From an uncultured Candidatus Saccharibacteria bacterium (lineage in GTDB: Bacteria > Patescibacteriota > Minisyncoccia > Phycocordibacterales > UBA5272): a stretch of DNA of 64,000 bases. The notes under the pieces are model-generated. The model saw nothing but the letters and a program-made list of their open reading frames with translations. It made no database searches and was not told the DNA's origin. Shown here one piece after another: positions 19,312 to 30,180 of the stretch. Location: contig CAYMOA010000002.1 in assembly GCA_964391935.1 (NCBI GenBank), positions 995-64,994 of the forward strand, in the 5' to 3' direction. Both the position numbers and the translations under genes were made by a program. The number at the start of each line of letters is the position of its first letter. Position 1 is the stretch's first letter.

Positions 19312-21027
19312 TTATTTCTTTACTGCCAAGTTACCTGCAGGATTGATTTTTAAATCAGGCACCATAGTTTCTACCTTTTTTTCTGAACTCACTTTTTTTG
19401 TAGCTTTGATTAATTCCAAAAACATCGGGTGTGCTGCCCAAGGTCTACTTAGGAATTCTGGATGTGACTGAGTTGCTAGGAAAAATGGGTGATTTATTTT
19501 TTTATCCGCCTCCACCAACTCTACCAGTTTTCCATCGGGAGAAGTCCCAGAAATTAACAAACCTCCCTCATTTATTTCTTTTAAAAAATTTTGGTTAACC
19601 TCAAAACGATGACGGTGCCTCTCTTCTATTTTTTCTTTTCCAAAAGTTTTGAATGCTAAAGTATTTTTCACAACTTTACAAATATATGTTCCGAGTCGCA
19701 TAGTTCCACCGGTATTTTCTTTACCAACTTGATCATTCATTATGTACACCACATTTCTGTTTTTCTCACGTGCTTGTTTGTCAAACTCCTCACTATTGGC
19801 ATTTTTAACTCCACCCAGTCTCGCCGCACCGATCACTGCAACTTGCAAACCGAGACAAAGCCCGAGATATGGAACTTTATTTTGCAGTGCATATTGTGCA
19901 GCGAATATTTTTCCTTCTACACCTCTATTTCCAAAACCTCCAGGAACTAGGATCCCATCGAAACTTGATAGTTCTGTTTTGATATTCTTTTCGTTTATTT
20001 TTTCTGCATCAACCCAAACATATTTAAGTTTTGCACCTACATTCCAAGAAGCAATTTTTAAACTTTCTATAACCGAGTAATACGAGTCAGCATTGTCGAG
20101 ATATTTTGCCACAATACCAACTTTTATTTCTTTTTGAGTTTTAGACTTTTCAAATAAATTTACAACTTTCCCCCACTTGTCATCCATCTTTTTTGCAAAA
20201 TCTTTTTCATTAAACTTGATTTTAAATTTATCAAAAATATATTTGTGAATATTTTTTTGGAAAAGAGTTTCAGGTACACGATAAATAGTGTCGGCATTTG
20301 GCAAAACAATTATTTGTTCTTGCGGAACTCCAACAAACGGAGCGACTTTTTTCTCGATATAAATATTTCTAGGTATTTCTTCTGTGCGAGCCACTATAAT
20401 GTCTGGAACAATCCCATACTCACGTAGGTCACGCACCGAGTTTTGTAAGGGTTTAGTTTTAAATTCTTCTGAAACTTTTAGAAAAGGAACATAGGCAACA
20501 TGCACAAAAATACAATTCTCTCGACCTACTTTTGCAGACAACTCACGAACAGCCTCTATATATGATAGAGCCTCATAGTCACCAACAGTACCACCGAGCT
20601 CCATGATATGCACGTCAGAATTTTTAGAAGCTTCTAATATTTTTTCTTGTATCAAATTGGTGAGATGTGGCACCAGTTGAACATTTTTTCCTTCATAAAA
20701 ACCAGCTCTCTCACGAGCGAGCATTTCTGTAAAAAGTCCTCCAGACAACATCACACAATTTTTATTTAAATCCTCCCCGATGAATCTCTCGTAATGACCT
20801 AGGTCCAGATCAGTTTCCTTTCCATCACCAGTTACGAAACATTCCCCGTGTTCTCGCGGGTTAAGAGTCCCTGAGTCTACATTAAAATATGGCTCGAGTT
20901 TTTGCACGGTAACCTTTTTCCCAACACAATTTAAAAGGGCGCCTATAGACGCCGCTGTGATACCTTTCCCTATTCCTGACAATACACCACCTGTTACAAC
21001 TACATATTTTGTATTTTTATTACTCAT
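19312..21027 (-). CDS. pyrG: CTP synthase
   Basis: TGGVLSGIGKG, ETDLDLGHYERF, GLCLG, RHRHRFE and HPE motifs. Confidence 0.97.
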   Translation of the reverse strand: MSNKNTKYVVVTGGVLSGIGKGITAASIGALLNCVGKKVTVQKLEPYFNVDSGTLNPREHGECFVTGDGKETDLDLGHYERFIGEDLNKNCVMLSGGLFTEMLARERAGFYEGKNVQLVPHLTNLIQEKILEASKNSDVHIMELGGTVGDYEALSYIEAVRELSAKVGRENCIFVHVAYVPFLKVSEEFKTKPLQNSVRDLREYGIVPDIIVARTEEIPRNIYIEKKVAPFVGVPQEQIIVLPNADTIYRVPETLFQKNIHKYIFDKFKIKFNEKDFAKKMDDKWGKVVNLFEKSKTQKEIKVGIVAKYLDNADSYYSVIESLKIASWNVGAKLKYVWVDAEKINEKNIKTELSSFDGILVPGGFGNRGVEGKIFAAQYALQNKVPYLGLCLGLQVAVIGAARLGGVKNANSEEFDKQAREKNRNVVYIMNDQVGKENTGGTMRLGTYICKVVKNTLAFKTFGKEKIEERHRHRFEVNQNFLKEINEGGLLISGTSPDGKLVELVEADKKINHPFFLATQSHPEFLSRPWAAHPMFLELIKATKKVSSEKKVETMVPDLKINPAGNLAVKK

Positions 21028-21110
21028 ATGTTTAGATATTATACACCCGACAGGACTTTTGGAAAACTAGACGGGTCTGTGTTATGATGTCAGTATAATA
21101 TAAAAAGAGC

Positions 21111-21623
21111 ATGAAGAAAATTTACATAATCATTGTAGTCGTATTAATTATCAGTCTTTTTGTTGGCTACGCAGCTGGTCGAGGATATAAAACTTATGAG
21201 ATAAATCTAGAAAAAAGTAATGGGAAAAATATTTCAAGTACGGGACTTCTCGCTTCTGACCCTGACTCAAAAGTCTTGGATAAAGAACTTGTAGACCCAA
21301 ACTTTTATGCACCGAGGATCTTAGAAGTTACGGCTACTAGAGATTACCAAAGTGGCTATAACCTAAAACTTAGAACTTCTAATTTTAAATTCACACCAGA
21401 AACTCTGAACGCTGCTTTGGAACAAAATGCAGGTTATGCTTATGTTTCTGTTAATGGACAAAATATTGGTAGAGTTTATTCCCCTATTTACCATATCCCA
21501 GAAAGTTTCTTTAACACTGGAACTAATACTATATCTGTAGTTTTAAAAGCCAATAATTATAAAACTTGGTGGAGTAAAAAAGGAACACTAGAAGCAAAAT
21601 ACGATTTAGAAATCTTTAAATAA
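21111..21623 (+). CDS. Membrane-anchored/secreted hypothetical protein
   Basis: N-terminal hydrophobic helix, beta-rich C-terminus. Confidence 0.65.
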   Translation: MKKIYIIIVVVLIISLFVGYAAGRGYKTYEINLEKSNGKNISSTGLLASDPDSKVLDKELVDPNFYAPRILEVTATRDYQSGYNLKLRTSNFKFTPETLNAALEQNAGYAYVSVNGQNIGRVYSPIYHIPESFFNTGTNTISVVLKANNYKTWWSKKGTLEAKYDLEIFK

Positions 21624-21722
21624 TTTTTTACTATTTATTTTTCGATCTTGTACATTGAGAGTTAAGAGCTGATAAGTCCCTTCTACCAAACAAATAACTT
21701 GTGCCTTTTTCATATTTTATTT

Positions 21723-22280
21723 TTATATTTTTTGCATGTACAGCACTGCAGTTATTAATATCAGAAGTAATAGAACTACTAGCCAAAACCAAGCACTGAT
21801 CCCAAAGAAATCATAAGGTCCCTCGGTTACGGTATCTGTTTGAGTAGCCATCATATCAGCATCCTCATACATTGTTGGCATAGTATCAGTTGCCGATGTA
21901 GTAGTAGAATCTTCTGGTAAAAAATCTGACTCAGAAGTAGCTGTATTTGTAGGTACAGAATTTATATAATTATCATTTGCCTGGGCAATTTTTTTGGTGT
22001 AGGTTGGGGCCATCGGTTGGGACGCCAAGGCAACATTACCATAGGACTGATTATAATTTCCACTTCCATAACTATAGCTTTCGGCTGGGACAACTATCGA
22101 GCCACCACCACCTCCGCCACCATAACTTTGCGCGGGTGTACTAACTACATTTCCTGTCATACTTCCCTGATAACTCTCATTGGAAATTGTTCCTGTTATT
22201 TCCGAAGCATTTACCAAAGTAGTATTAAGAGAAAGAAATCCTAGAAATACAAAACAGGTAGCAATAATAGTTTTTTTCAT
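21723..22280 (-). CDS. Secreted Ser/Thr/Gly-rich protein with C-terminal TM anchor
   Basis: Signal peptide MKKTIIA...VNA, poly-Gly tract, C-terminal TM; start reassigned to 22280. Confidence 0.65.
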   Translation of the reverse strand: MKKTIIATCFVFLGFLSLNTTLVNASEITGTISNESYQGSMTGNVVSTPAQSYGGGGGGGSIVVPAESYSYGSGNYNQSYGNVALASQPMAPTYTKKIAQANDNYINSVPTNTATSESDFLPEDSTTTSATDTMPTMYEDADMMATQTDTVTEGPYDFFGISAWFWLVVLLLLILITAVLYMQKI

Positions 22281-22470
22281 AACCACCACGAGCACCACGA
22301 GCACCTGTTGATACATTTCCACCTGTGTTCGATGAAGTTGTAACAGTATTTGAGAGACTTGTAGTGTTAGCATTCACTACACTAATTGTCGCTGCCGAAG
22401 CCATCGACGCCATTAATCCAAAAGACAAAGCACTAGAAACCACCAGAAGTTTACGTAAACCAGTTTTCAT
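22225..22470 (-). pseudogene. Signal-peptide protein, apparently truncated after SNTGGN...GARGARGG
   Basis: Clear signal peptide; frame then runs out of phase into the next gene's start. Confidence 0.45.
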
Positions 22471-22611
22471 ATTTTATTTGTTGTTGATACTTTAATAAAA
22501 TTTGTATCGACAAGTGAAAAGACGAAACCTGTGAAAATCTATTACTCACAGGAAAATTGTTTTGTAATATTTACCGTCAAACTCTGTCTACTACTATTTG
22601 TTATTTATTTA

Positions 22612-23556
22612 TTAAATCTTTTTTAAATATTTTTTTGAAAGTGGGTCTTGGTTATTTTGGATTTTAAACATTCTTTCTTTTAAAATTTTTGTTATTGATC
22701 CTATATTTTCTCCTACATTTTCTTTACCAATTTTTCTACCATCAACTTCAATAACCGGTGCAACGTATGCTGAGGTTCCTGTGGCAAATATTTCGTCTGC
22801 GATATACAACTCGGTCATATCTATTTTTCTTTCTTCTATTTTTTTTATTTCCCCTGTCCTTACCATATCCTCAGCAGCTTCTAAAATAGTTTTTCTATTA
22901 ATTCCCTCTAAAATATCTGCTGAGTTGTCAGGTGTGATTAAAACTCCATCTCGGACAATAAAAATGTTCGCTGCCGAAAGTTCGCAGACATGGCCATTTG
23001 TATCTAGAAAAATAGCATCATCATAACCACTGTCTATTGCATCTTGTTTAGCGAGCACTGAGTTTACATAGGCACCATTAACTTTTGCCCGACTAGGAAT
23101 ACAAAAGTCAGGGTTCCGTCGCCAAGGAGATATTTTTAGTCGTGTCCCATTCTGAGGAACAATTGGGTTGGCTTCATATAAAAAAATAGAGAGTATGGTA
23201 GATAAACCTTTACTTTTGGTTCCTGGCACCAACTCATCAACATGGATAGTCGCCCGAGCAAAAACATTTTCTTGTAAATTATTTTCTTGTATTAAATTTT
23301 TGGTAATTTCTAAAAATTTTTCTAAACTCTCGCACTCTGTTGGGCACCCTATACCTATCAGCTTGGCCGAGTTCCGCAATCTCTTCAAATGTTCCTCTAT
23401 CCGAAAGACATAAAATTCTCCATCAATTTTATTTATGGGAAAAACTGTGTAGACACTGAGACCATATAAAACTGCGGAGGAGGCGATATGTATCCGAGCC
23501 TGCGACTCATCAACAATACCATTTTTATAATAAATTTTGTTGTATATTTTTGCCAT
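22612..23556 (-). CDS. ilvE: Branched-chain amino acid aminotransferase (class IV)
   Basis: HLKRL, AKVNGAYVNS, ELSAANIF, LEGI and EIFATGT motifs. Confidence 0.88.
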   Translation of the reverse strand: MAKIYNKIYYKNGIVDESQARIHIASSAVLYGLSVYTVFPINKIDGEFYVFRIEEHLKRLRNSAKLIGIGCPTECESLEKFLEITKNLIQENNLQENVFARATIHVDELVPGTKSKGLSTILSIFLYEANPIVPQNGTRLKISPWRRNPDFCIPSRAKVNGAYVNSVLAKQDAIDSGYDDAIFLDTNGHVCELSAANIFIVRDGVLITPDNSADILEGINRKTILEAAEDMVRTGEIKKIEERKIDMTELYIADEIFATGTSAYVAPVIEVDGRKIGKENVGENIGSITKILKERMFKIQNNQDPLSKKYLKKI

Positions 23557-23578
23557 GTGCTTTTTAATCTTCTGGTTC

Positions 23579-24244
23579 CTAGTACAAAATACTCTTAAAC
23601 TTATTTCCCACTTCTCTTCCTACTACAAAACCAAGAATCACACCCATAACAAAATCAGAAAACCAATGAATAAATAAAGAAACCGAGAACCCAACATAAA
23701 AAGCAAACGCAACAACAAGGAAAATCAAAATAATATTTTTAAGATCTCTTTTTTTATTTAACAAAACTAAAGTAACTGCAGTAGCTACAGAGAAAATTAC
23801 CGTAGTATGAGAAGACGGCCACCCCCAAAATATTCCGTGTTCCCAAAAACCAAAATTAAAATTCGCAGAAATATTTGTAAGCAAGTCCTGTGTGTTTGGT
23901 TGGATTCTGCCTGTAAAAGCTTTTATAAAAGACGAAGCGAACCACCCCAGAAATGCTGACTGTCCCAAGAGACCAGCCCATATTTTTAATTTTGTATCTT
24001 TTTTTAGAATCCCCATCAGAAAAAAAATAATCGGTAAGAGTATTGGAACTAACCCCCCGACAGTTATTCCTAAAAAAACCCATTTTCTGATATTCCAATC
24101 ATTAAAAAACAAAAAATAATTCCAATCAAAATCAGTAATAACTAACAAATATGTCAGCAAAAAACCAAATAGCACAAGAAAAATTTTCTCTTTACGAAAA
24201 AAGTTTTTTATCGTTTCCTCAAGTCCAAATAAAAATATTTTCAT
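23579..24244 (-). CDS. PAP2 family phosphatase
   Basis: KAFTGRIQP, PSSH and HWFSD motifs. Confidence 0.85.
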   Translation of the reverse strand: MKIFLFGLEETIKNFFRKEKIFLVLFGFLLTYLLVITDFDWNYFLFFNDWNIRKWVFLGITVGGLVPILLPIIFFLMGILKKDTKLKIWAGLLGQSAFLGWFASSFIKAFTGRIQPNTQDLLTNISANFNFGFWEHGIFWGWPSSHTTVIFSVATAVTLVLLNKKRDLKNIILIFLVVAFAFYVGFSVSLFIHWFSDFVMGVILGFVVGREVGNKFKSILY

Positions 24245-24252
24245 AATAAAGA

Positions 24253-24678
24253 TTATTTTTCTGGGTTAAATTCTATTTCCCACTCTATTCCATATTTATC
24301 TCTAAACATCGCAAAACATGTTCCTTCTGGATTGTCTGATATAGGTATTTCTATTTCCCCACCAACAGAAAGTCCGTTAAATAATTTCTTTGCTTCTTCT
24401 TTACTTTCCGCTGTTATAAAAATTTTACTCCTATTTTCTCTTTCATTTGTTCGTCCCATAATTTCTGGGATATCATTTCCAATTAAAAAGTTTGGTCCGA
24501 CAGATAGAGATATTTGCATTATTTTGTCTTGTTCACTTTCTGCCACTGGGAACTCTGCACTTGCTATGTCTTTGAAGCGGATGATTTTTGCGAACTCTCC
24601 ACCAAAGACTGATTTATAAAAAGTAAAAGCTTCGAGCGCATTTCCGTTAAAGTTGATGTGTGGGTTAATTGTTGTCAT
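24253..24678 (-). CDS. VOC/PhnB family protein
   Basis: NFNGNALEAFTFYKSVFGGE and DKYGIEW motifs. Confidence 0.85.
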   Translation of the reverse strand: MTTINPHINFNGNALEAFTFYKSVFGGEFAKIIRFKDIASAEFPVAESEQDKIMQISLSVGPNFLIGNDIPEIMGRTNERENRSKIFITAESKEEAKKLFNGLSVGGEIEIPISDNPEGTCFAMFRDKYGIEWEIEFNPEK

Positions 24679-24686
24679 ATTCAGTG

Positions 24687-24932
24687 TTAAGCTCTTTTCA
24701 CAAACTCAGATTTTAAAGACATTTGGCCAAACCCATCTATTTTACAGTCGATATTATGACCATTACTACTGTCTGTTAAACGGATATTTTTAACCTTGGT
24801 TCCTGCTTTGATAGGTTTAGAAGACCCCTTTACTGGAAGGTTTTTTACAACCACAACAGTATCTCCGTCACTTAATTTATTTCCATTTGAATCCAGAACC
24901 TCATACTCATCATCTTCAATTTCTTTTGACAT
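24687..24932 (-). CDS. PhnA C-terminal domain protein (no zinc ribbon)
   Basis: [13 protein letters not shown]...[11 protein letters not shown]...LKSEFVK pattern. Confidence 0.85.
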   Translation of the reverse strand: MSKEIEDDEYEVLDSNGNKLSDGDTVVVVKNLPVKGSSKPIKAGTKVKNIRLTDSSNGHNIDCKIDGFGQMSLKSEFVKRA

Positions 24933-25008
24933 ATTTTAATTATAACATAAAGAAAAATACCTAAGGGTACACTTATCCTTTAGGTCTTGTTCCCAAAGTT
25001 ATTTTCCA

Positions 25009-25040
25009 TTAGCGGAAGATGTGGAACGATGTTCGACAAG
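25009..25040. repeat. Repeat R1 (degenerate, right half only)
   Basis: ttagCGGAAGatgtggaacgatGTTCGaCAa; a hairpin lies upstream at ~24959-24985. Confidence 0.6.
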
Positions 25041-25068
25041 CAATTGTCGAGGACATTTAACTATTAAA

Positions 25069-26445
25069 CTATTTCTTTAACCATTTCAGTATCATTTTTG
25101 CTAATAAATTACCTATCTCATTCCAAGCATCACCTAAGCTTGGTTCTAGTTTCTTTGGTTCAATCGTTATATCCTTTTGCAATCTCAATCTATCAAATTC
25201 TTCTGCATATCTATTTCTTTTTTTAAGAGTCAGTAAGTTATAAAGTAAAGCCAAGATAACTAACAACGGCAAAGGAGTTAGAAGTTCATAAACATGATTT
25301 TTATTAAAATCTCCTTCAATTTCAAACTTCATTTTTACACCTCTTTGACCACTAACAAGAGATTTGAACAAATTTTCTTCGGCTTTATGTGTAGAAAAAT
25401 AAGTTAGAACTCTCGGATCGTTTGCATTAAAGTATTTAATCAGTTCAAAAACTTTTTCATAATTTGGTTTACTACTAACTCCGAAAATACTTTCTGAAAT
25501 TTGTCCTAGTTGTCCTACTTCAGCAGTATCTAAAACTCGCTCAAGGGAACTTAATTTAATATTCTCTATTGCTTCCCTTCCAATCCCTGCTTGTTCAAAT
25601 GCTTGCTTTGCAATTTTATATACATCATCAAGTCTTTGTTTTGCCAATTTTTCATTGTCAGGACTTGAATTACCAATACTTTTAGGTCCAGCAAACTTTT
25701 CATCTTCATTAGATGCAAGACCAGTCATTTCAATTCCCTTAACTCTTGTATCATTCAAATCAAAACGAATTTTACCAGTTGCCTCATCAAAATACTTACC
25801 ACTGTTTAATCCGTAGATTTCTAGTGCCTCCCAAGAGCGTTGCATAATAATTTGGTCACTCATTCTTTCTTTCAACAATCTAACCATCTCATCTAAAATA
25901 GTTTTCTCTTGCTCTGGGGTTAGTGATTTTATGTTTGCAAATTTTCTACTAAATTCTGATGGTAATGCCACTTCGATAAACATTTGTCTTTTACATCTTT
26001 CCGATATTGAAAAACCAAGTGGGACTAAAACGGAACCATAGTTAAATGATTTTGTTCCGTCCTCGTTATACTTAAAGAAACGAGCAAAAAACTCTGGTTT
26101 ATGTATTGTTTGGCAAACATCTTCATAAGTATCTTCTACCAACTTTTTCAGTGCTTGATTTTCGTAAATTGCACTTGAAACTCCAGTTAGTGGTCTCTGA
26201 CCGTACATGTGTTCATTGTAATTTTCTTTTACAGGTACAAAGTTTAACCAGGCAGAAAGTAGTGCAGTAGTAATAATCCCAGTTTTAACTCCAGATGGAA
26301 CACCCTTCATCCCTTGTGCTCTGTCATATATCATATCCACATACAAATCTTCACCTTGAATAGTAATAGGTTCTTTTGGTAGCCACTTTCTACCTACTTC
26401 TCTTGTAATACGAACTGGTGGTTTTGGTTCTTTTAGGTTTGCCAT
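25069..26445 (-). CDS. Cassette 1: hypothetical membrane protein with an OmpA-like motif
   Basis: GLASNE...NEKLAKQR resembles the OmpA C-domain motif; start reassigned to MANLKE, behind a TATACT box. Confidence 0.55.
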   Translation of the reverse strand: MANLKEPKPPVRITREVGRKWLPKEPITIQGEDLYVDMIYDRAQGMKGVPSGVKTGIITTALLSAWLNFVPVKENYNEHMYGQRPLTGVSSAIYENQALKKLVEDTYEDVCQTIHKPEFFARFFKYNEDGTKSFNYGSVLVPLGFSISERCKRQMFIEVALPSEFSRKFANIKSLTPEQEKTILDEMVRLLKERMSDQIIMQRSWEALEIYGLNSGKYFDEATGKIRFDLNDTRVKGIEMTGLASNEDEKFAGPKSIGNSSPDNEKLAKQRLDDVYKIAKQAFEQAGIGREAIENIKLSSLERVLDTAEVGQLGQISESIFGVSSKPNYEKVFELIKYFNANDPRVLTYFSTHKAEENLFKSLVSGQRGVKMKFEIEGDFNKNHVYELLTPLPLLVILALLYNLLTLKKRNRYAEEFDRLRLQKDITIEPKKLEPSLGDAWNEIGNLLAKMILKWLKK

Positions 26446-26479
26446 ATCATGAAATAGTATATTACAAAAAAACCCTTTT

Positions 26480-26575
26480 GCCGAACCTGGCATTTTGTAT
26501 CATTTCTTAGTAAAGAAAAAATCCTTGTTTTACAAGGATGATTTCGTTAGCGGAAGGCCATATACAACGTTCGGC
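26480..26575. repeat. Repeat R2 (96 nt, imperfect palindrome)
   Basis: GCCGAAC...TTGTAT...ATCCTTGT/ACAAGGAT...GCGGAAG...ATACAAC-GTTCGGC. Confidence 0.92.
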
Positions 26576-26599
26576 AGAGTATTATTGAAGAATATAAAA

Positions 26600-27139
26600 C
26601 TAAATTGTAACTATGTTCAAGAAATCTGATACGAATTTTTCTAACTCTTTCGTAAAATCTTCTCTCTGCTCGGGCGACATTTTAGCATACGGTTTTAGGT
26701 CGGGTTGCTTTTTCTCCAACTCTAACAATCTATCTTTTACCTCACATTCATTCATTCTCTTTACCGATTTCAAAGCAACTCTAATCCAGTTCAAAAGTGG
26801 TGATAGTTTATTTACCCTATTCTTATCACTTTGATAAAACTCAACAAAAGGTTTTCCATATTTCTTACCCATCTCCATCCTCCACTTTCTGCGAGAAGTA
26901 TGGTCTATACCAAAATTATCAACAATTCTTTTTAATGCTAAAAATCTTTTTGCAACATCTACTGTTTTTTCAAATAACTGAAATTCTGTTACACCCATAA
27001 ATTGAGAAAGACCTAGATTTAATTCTCTATCTTTGTATTGGTTATTACCCTCAATTATTATCAAAGAATTTTCTTGTATAAATTTATCTTCATAGAAAAA
27101 TTCCATTTGTTTTTCGGTAGGATTTATATTCTCTGACAT
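26600..27139 (-). CDS. Cassette 2: hypothetical protein
   Basis: 179-aa ORF filling the R2-R3 interval. Confidence 0.7.
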   Translation of the reverse strand: MSENINPTEKQMEFFYEDKFIQENSLIIIEGNNQYKDRELNLGLSQFMGVTEFQLFEKTVDVAKRFLALKRIVDNFGIDHTSRRKWRMEMGKKYGKPFVEFYQSDKNRVNKLSPLLNWIRVALKSVKRMNECEVKDRLLELEKKQPDLKPYAKMSPEQREDFTKELEKFVSDFLNIVTI

Positions 27140-27170
27140 ATATAAAATTATATCAACAAAAACTCATTTT

Positions 27171-27266
27171 GCCGAACTTAGCATTTTGTATCACCTCTTG
27201 TAAAAGAAAAAACCCTTGATTTACAAGGACTATTTCAGGTACGGAAGGCCATATACAATGTTCGGC
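27171..27266. repeat. Repeat R3 (96 nt)
   Basis: GCCGAACttagcattTTGTATcacc...CCTTG/CAAGG...ACGGAAGgccatATACAAtGTTCGGC. Confidence 0.92.
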
Positions 27267-27269
27267 AAT

Positions 27270-28316
27270 CTATTCTGAAGGAAAATCTTGTACATATTTC
27301 TCATTAACCTTATTAGACATAGCCATCATTATTTCTCTACTAAATTCTCTTGACTCCCCTTTAGACTTCATTTGTTTTCTAAAAGATAAAATGGCCTCTT
27401 TGAAACTTCCATATTTTTCAACTATCAATCTTAGTACACTCCAAGCTAGAGCATTTTGTTGCCTCTCCGTCAGAGCTTTATAATCTTCCTCCATTTCAAG
27501 TGCTGATTCTACAATATAGGCTAACATTGATTCTTCAAAAACTTCGTCTGTGACTGGCTGTTCATATTTTAATAAAAAATTACATTTTTCACTTGGTTTG
27601 TTTAATAAAGCAGTCGCAGCAGAAAAAACTTGGGCCCCCATTGACTTAAAATATTCACTCAATCTACCGTGCAGAACTCCATAAGGTGCACCGATAGTAA
27701 TGGAGGCCTTAGGAGCAAGACTAGCAAAGTATTTATGTTTAGTTAGTTCTTCTGTAAAGTTCTGTGCAACAAAAATATCCCTCTCTCTTTGGGCTTCTAC
27801 AATATCAACACAAGTTTTTTCCCACATATCTAGTAAATACTCATAACTATCACTTCTAAATCTATCAAATAAAATCATTCTCGCCCATCTTTGTCTACTT
27901 AAAGCTTGGTCTACTTTATAAGTCCCAGCTACCTTATCTCTTGCTTCACTACATACAATTAGTGGTTGGTATTCTGGACTTTCTTTTACATACTCTCTTA
28001 AGGCAGTCGCCAAACCTTCAACAAATTCATTTCTAATTCTTGGGAATTTTACATCTTTTCCAAGAACATAATCTTGAATGTCAGATAAATCTTCATCTCT
28101 AGCACGAACAAGTTCTAGTAAAATAATTTCTGGTTTATCTTTAAGAGAAAGTAAATTATTTACCGCGTTTATTCCATCTTGTGTTGTGCCGTGAAGTAAG
28201 CGAAGACTAACAAAGTTAACCGACTCCAAATTACTCATTCCTTTGCTTCTCAAAGATTCCACTAAAGAATTATTTTCTATTTTATTTTCACTTTGTTTTC
28301 TAAATTCAATACTCAT
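27270..28316 (-). CDS. Cassette 3: hypothetical protein
   Basis: 348-aa ORF whose stop codon lies 3 nt from R3. Confidence 0.7.
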   Translation of the reverse strand: MSIEFRKQSENKIENNSLVESLRSKGMSNLESVNFVSLRLLHGTTQDGINAVNNLLSLKDKPEIILLELVRARDEDLSDIQDYVLGKDVKFPRIRNEFVEGLATALREYVKESPEYQPLIVCSEARDKVAGTYKVDQALSRQRWARMILFDRFRSDSYEYLLDMWEKTCVDIVEAQRERDIFVAQNFTEELTKHKYFASLAPKASITIGAPYGVLHGRLSEYFKSMGAQVFSAATALLNKPSEKCNFLLKYEQPVTDEVFEESMLAYIVESALEMEEDYKALTERQQNALAWSVLRLIVEKYGSFKEAILSFRKQMKSKGESREFSREIMMAMSNKVNEKYVQDFPSE

Positions 28317-28348
28317 AATAAATAAAGTATATCAGTAAAAATAACTTT

Positions 28349-28444
28349 GCCGAACTTACGCGTTTGTATCACTTCTTGTAAAAGAAAAAACCCTTAATTT
28401 ATAAGAGTTTTTTCGTTAGCGGAAGACCATATACAATGTTCGGC
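28349..28444. repeat. Repeat R4 (96 nt; outer stem extends to 12 perfect bp, 28344-28449)
   Basis: ACTTTGCCGAAC...GTTCGGCAAAGT with the same internal boxes. Confidence 0.92.
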
Positions 28445-28484
28445 AAAGTATCCAGGAAGAAACCCTATCAACTTAGAAAGAAAA

Positions 28485-29153
28485 TCATCTCATTTTCCGC
28501 CTTTCTGCGTTTTCTTTATTTTCAAACTTTTCTACTATTTGTGGAATTTTGTTTCTATCAGACACAACCACTACTCCAATACTCTCCAATTCACTAATCT
28601 GCTCTTTAGACAACTTCCCAGTAGTATTTACACAAATTTGCACTAAATTTTTAGGAACTCTTCCTTGAACAAAATGACGGAAAGTATCGTCTATGAAAAC
28701 AACCTTATCTGTTCCATTTAAGGCACAAAATTTACGAATATAGTTTTCTTTATCTTCATCTGTATATTCCACTTTTTTAAACAAACTACTTATACCAGCA
28801 GCTTTTACTTTTTTCTCTTGAAATTCCTTGTCGCCATACGTAAGTAAAACCATATTTTCTTCACCATATTTTTCAGCCAATTTACTGGCAAAAGGAAACG
28901 TGAAATTGTGTATACCCGCGAACATTGTATCACTGACAATACTTTCATCAATATCAATTTGATGCTCGTGGGCGACATAATAAATAAATTTTTTAAAGCT
29001 AAATGTTGGACTCAACACCCTATAACCGTCATAATACTCTTTCGTCTTTTCTGGGGAAATTCCATATTCTAAAAATGCAGAATATATCCTTTCTGACTTA
29101 AATCTTGCCGTATCAAAAATTGTGTCGTCAAAGTCAATTAGAATTTTTATCAT
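28485..29153 (-). CDS. Cassette 4: HAD-superfamily hydrolase
   Basis: IDFDDT (motif I), LT, K and FIDD motifs. Confidence 0.8.
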   Translation of the reverse strand: MIKILIDFDDTIFDTARFKSERIYSAFLEYGISPEKTKEYYDGYRVLSPTFSFKKFIYYVAHEHQIDIDESIVSDTMFAGIHNFTFPFASKLAEKYGEENMVLLTYGDKEFQEKKVKAAGISSLFKKVEYTDEDKENYIRKFCALNGTDKVVFIDDTFRHFVQGRVPKNLVQICVNTTGKLSKEQISELESIGVVVVSDRNKIPQIVEKFENKENAERRKMR

Positions 29154-30129
29154 AATTTAATATCTTTTGTATTACTCGCCTAAGTTTATCATAATCGTGA
29201 CGGATATAACTCTTATTCGGGTCACCTTTTTGTTTATTAGCTAAATTAGTAGTAAGTAGTTTAGATGTAAAAATTCTCTTGTCTTGTGCCATATCATTTC
29301 TAACCTCCACACCTTCCCCTTCTTTTTCTAAATACTTTGAAAGTTGTTCACTTATAAATTTTTGATTATTGAATACTATAAAATTAATGTTACGTCCAAT
29401 ATATTTTTCTATCTCACTAACATAATTACTCAAAGTCCAATTTAAGGTATGACCTTTTCTATTAGTCAGGTTAGCAATGTAAATTATTTTAGCGCTAGAG
29501 TTTTGTATAGCACTCTTAAAACCATCAACTAATAAATTTGGCAAAATTGAACAGAAATGATCCCCAGGTCCGATAATAATATAGTCTGCATTCACCAATA
29601 CTTCTTTTGCATTTGGATTAATTTTTACCAACTCCTTAATATGAACACTTTTTATTGGATTATTTTCTATTTCATAATCATAAATCTTAAATTCCCCCTC
29701 AATTTTTTGATTATCTGATAGATTAGCCACAAGTGTTGCTTGTTTATCTAAAACAGGGATAACCTCTCCATTAATTTTCAAAATTCTAGATGCGGTTAAA
29801 ATTCCTTTATTAAAATCTCCTGTAATTTTTTCTAATGTTGCAAGTAAAATACTTCCAAAACTAAATCCCTCCAATTTCCCAGTATCAAATCTATATGACA
29901 TTAGTTTTCTGACAACTTCCGTTTCTTCAGAAAGTGCAGTCAAACATTGGCGTACATCGCCAGGTGGTAGCACCCCTAACTCATCCCGTAAAATTCCTGT
30001 GGAACCCCCATTGTCTGTCATACACACAATCGCACTTATAGAAATGTTTTTTATTTTTTTTATCCCAGATAACAAATTATATCCACCAGTTCCCCCACTT
30101 ATTGTAACTATTTTTTTCATAGAATTCAT
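29134..30129 (-). CDS. Cassette 4: YvcK/UPF0052 family protein
   Basis: GGTG, DNGGSTGILR..LGVLPPGDVR, GPG..SILPNL and RHD motifs. Confidence 0.88.
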   Translation of the reverse strand: MNSMKKIVTISGGTGGYNLLSGIKKIKNISISAIVCMTDNGGSTGILRDELGVLPPGDVRQCLTALSEETEVVRKLMSYRFDTGKLEGFSFGSILLATLEKITGDFNKGILTASRILKINGEVIPVLDKQATLVANLSDNQKIEGEFKIYDYEIENNPIKSVHIKELVKINPNAKEVLVNADYIIIGPGDHFCSILPNLLVDGFKSAIQNSSAKIIYIANLTNRKGHTLNWTLSNYVSEIEKYIGRNINFIVFNNQKFISEQLSKYLEKEGEGVEVRNDMAQDKRIFTSKLLTTNLANKQKGDPNKSYIRHDYDKLRRVIQKILNYDKNSN

Positions 30130-30180
30130 TACTATCTTAAGATAATACTTATTACATTATGATAACATAATAATTTCTAT

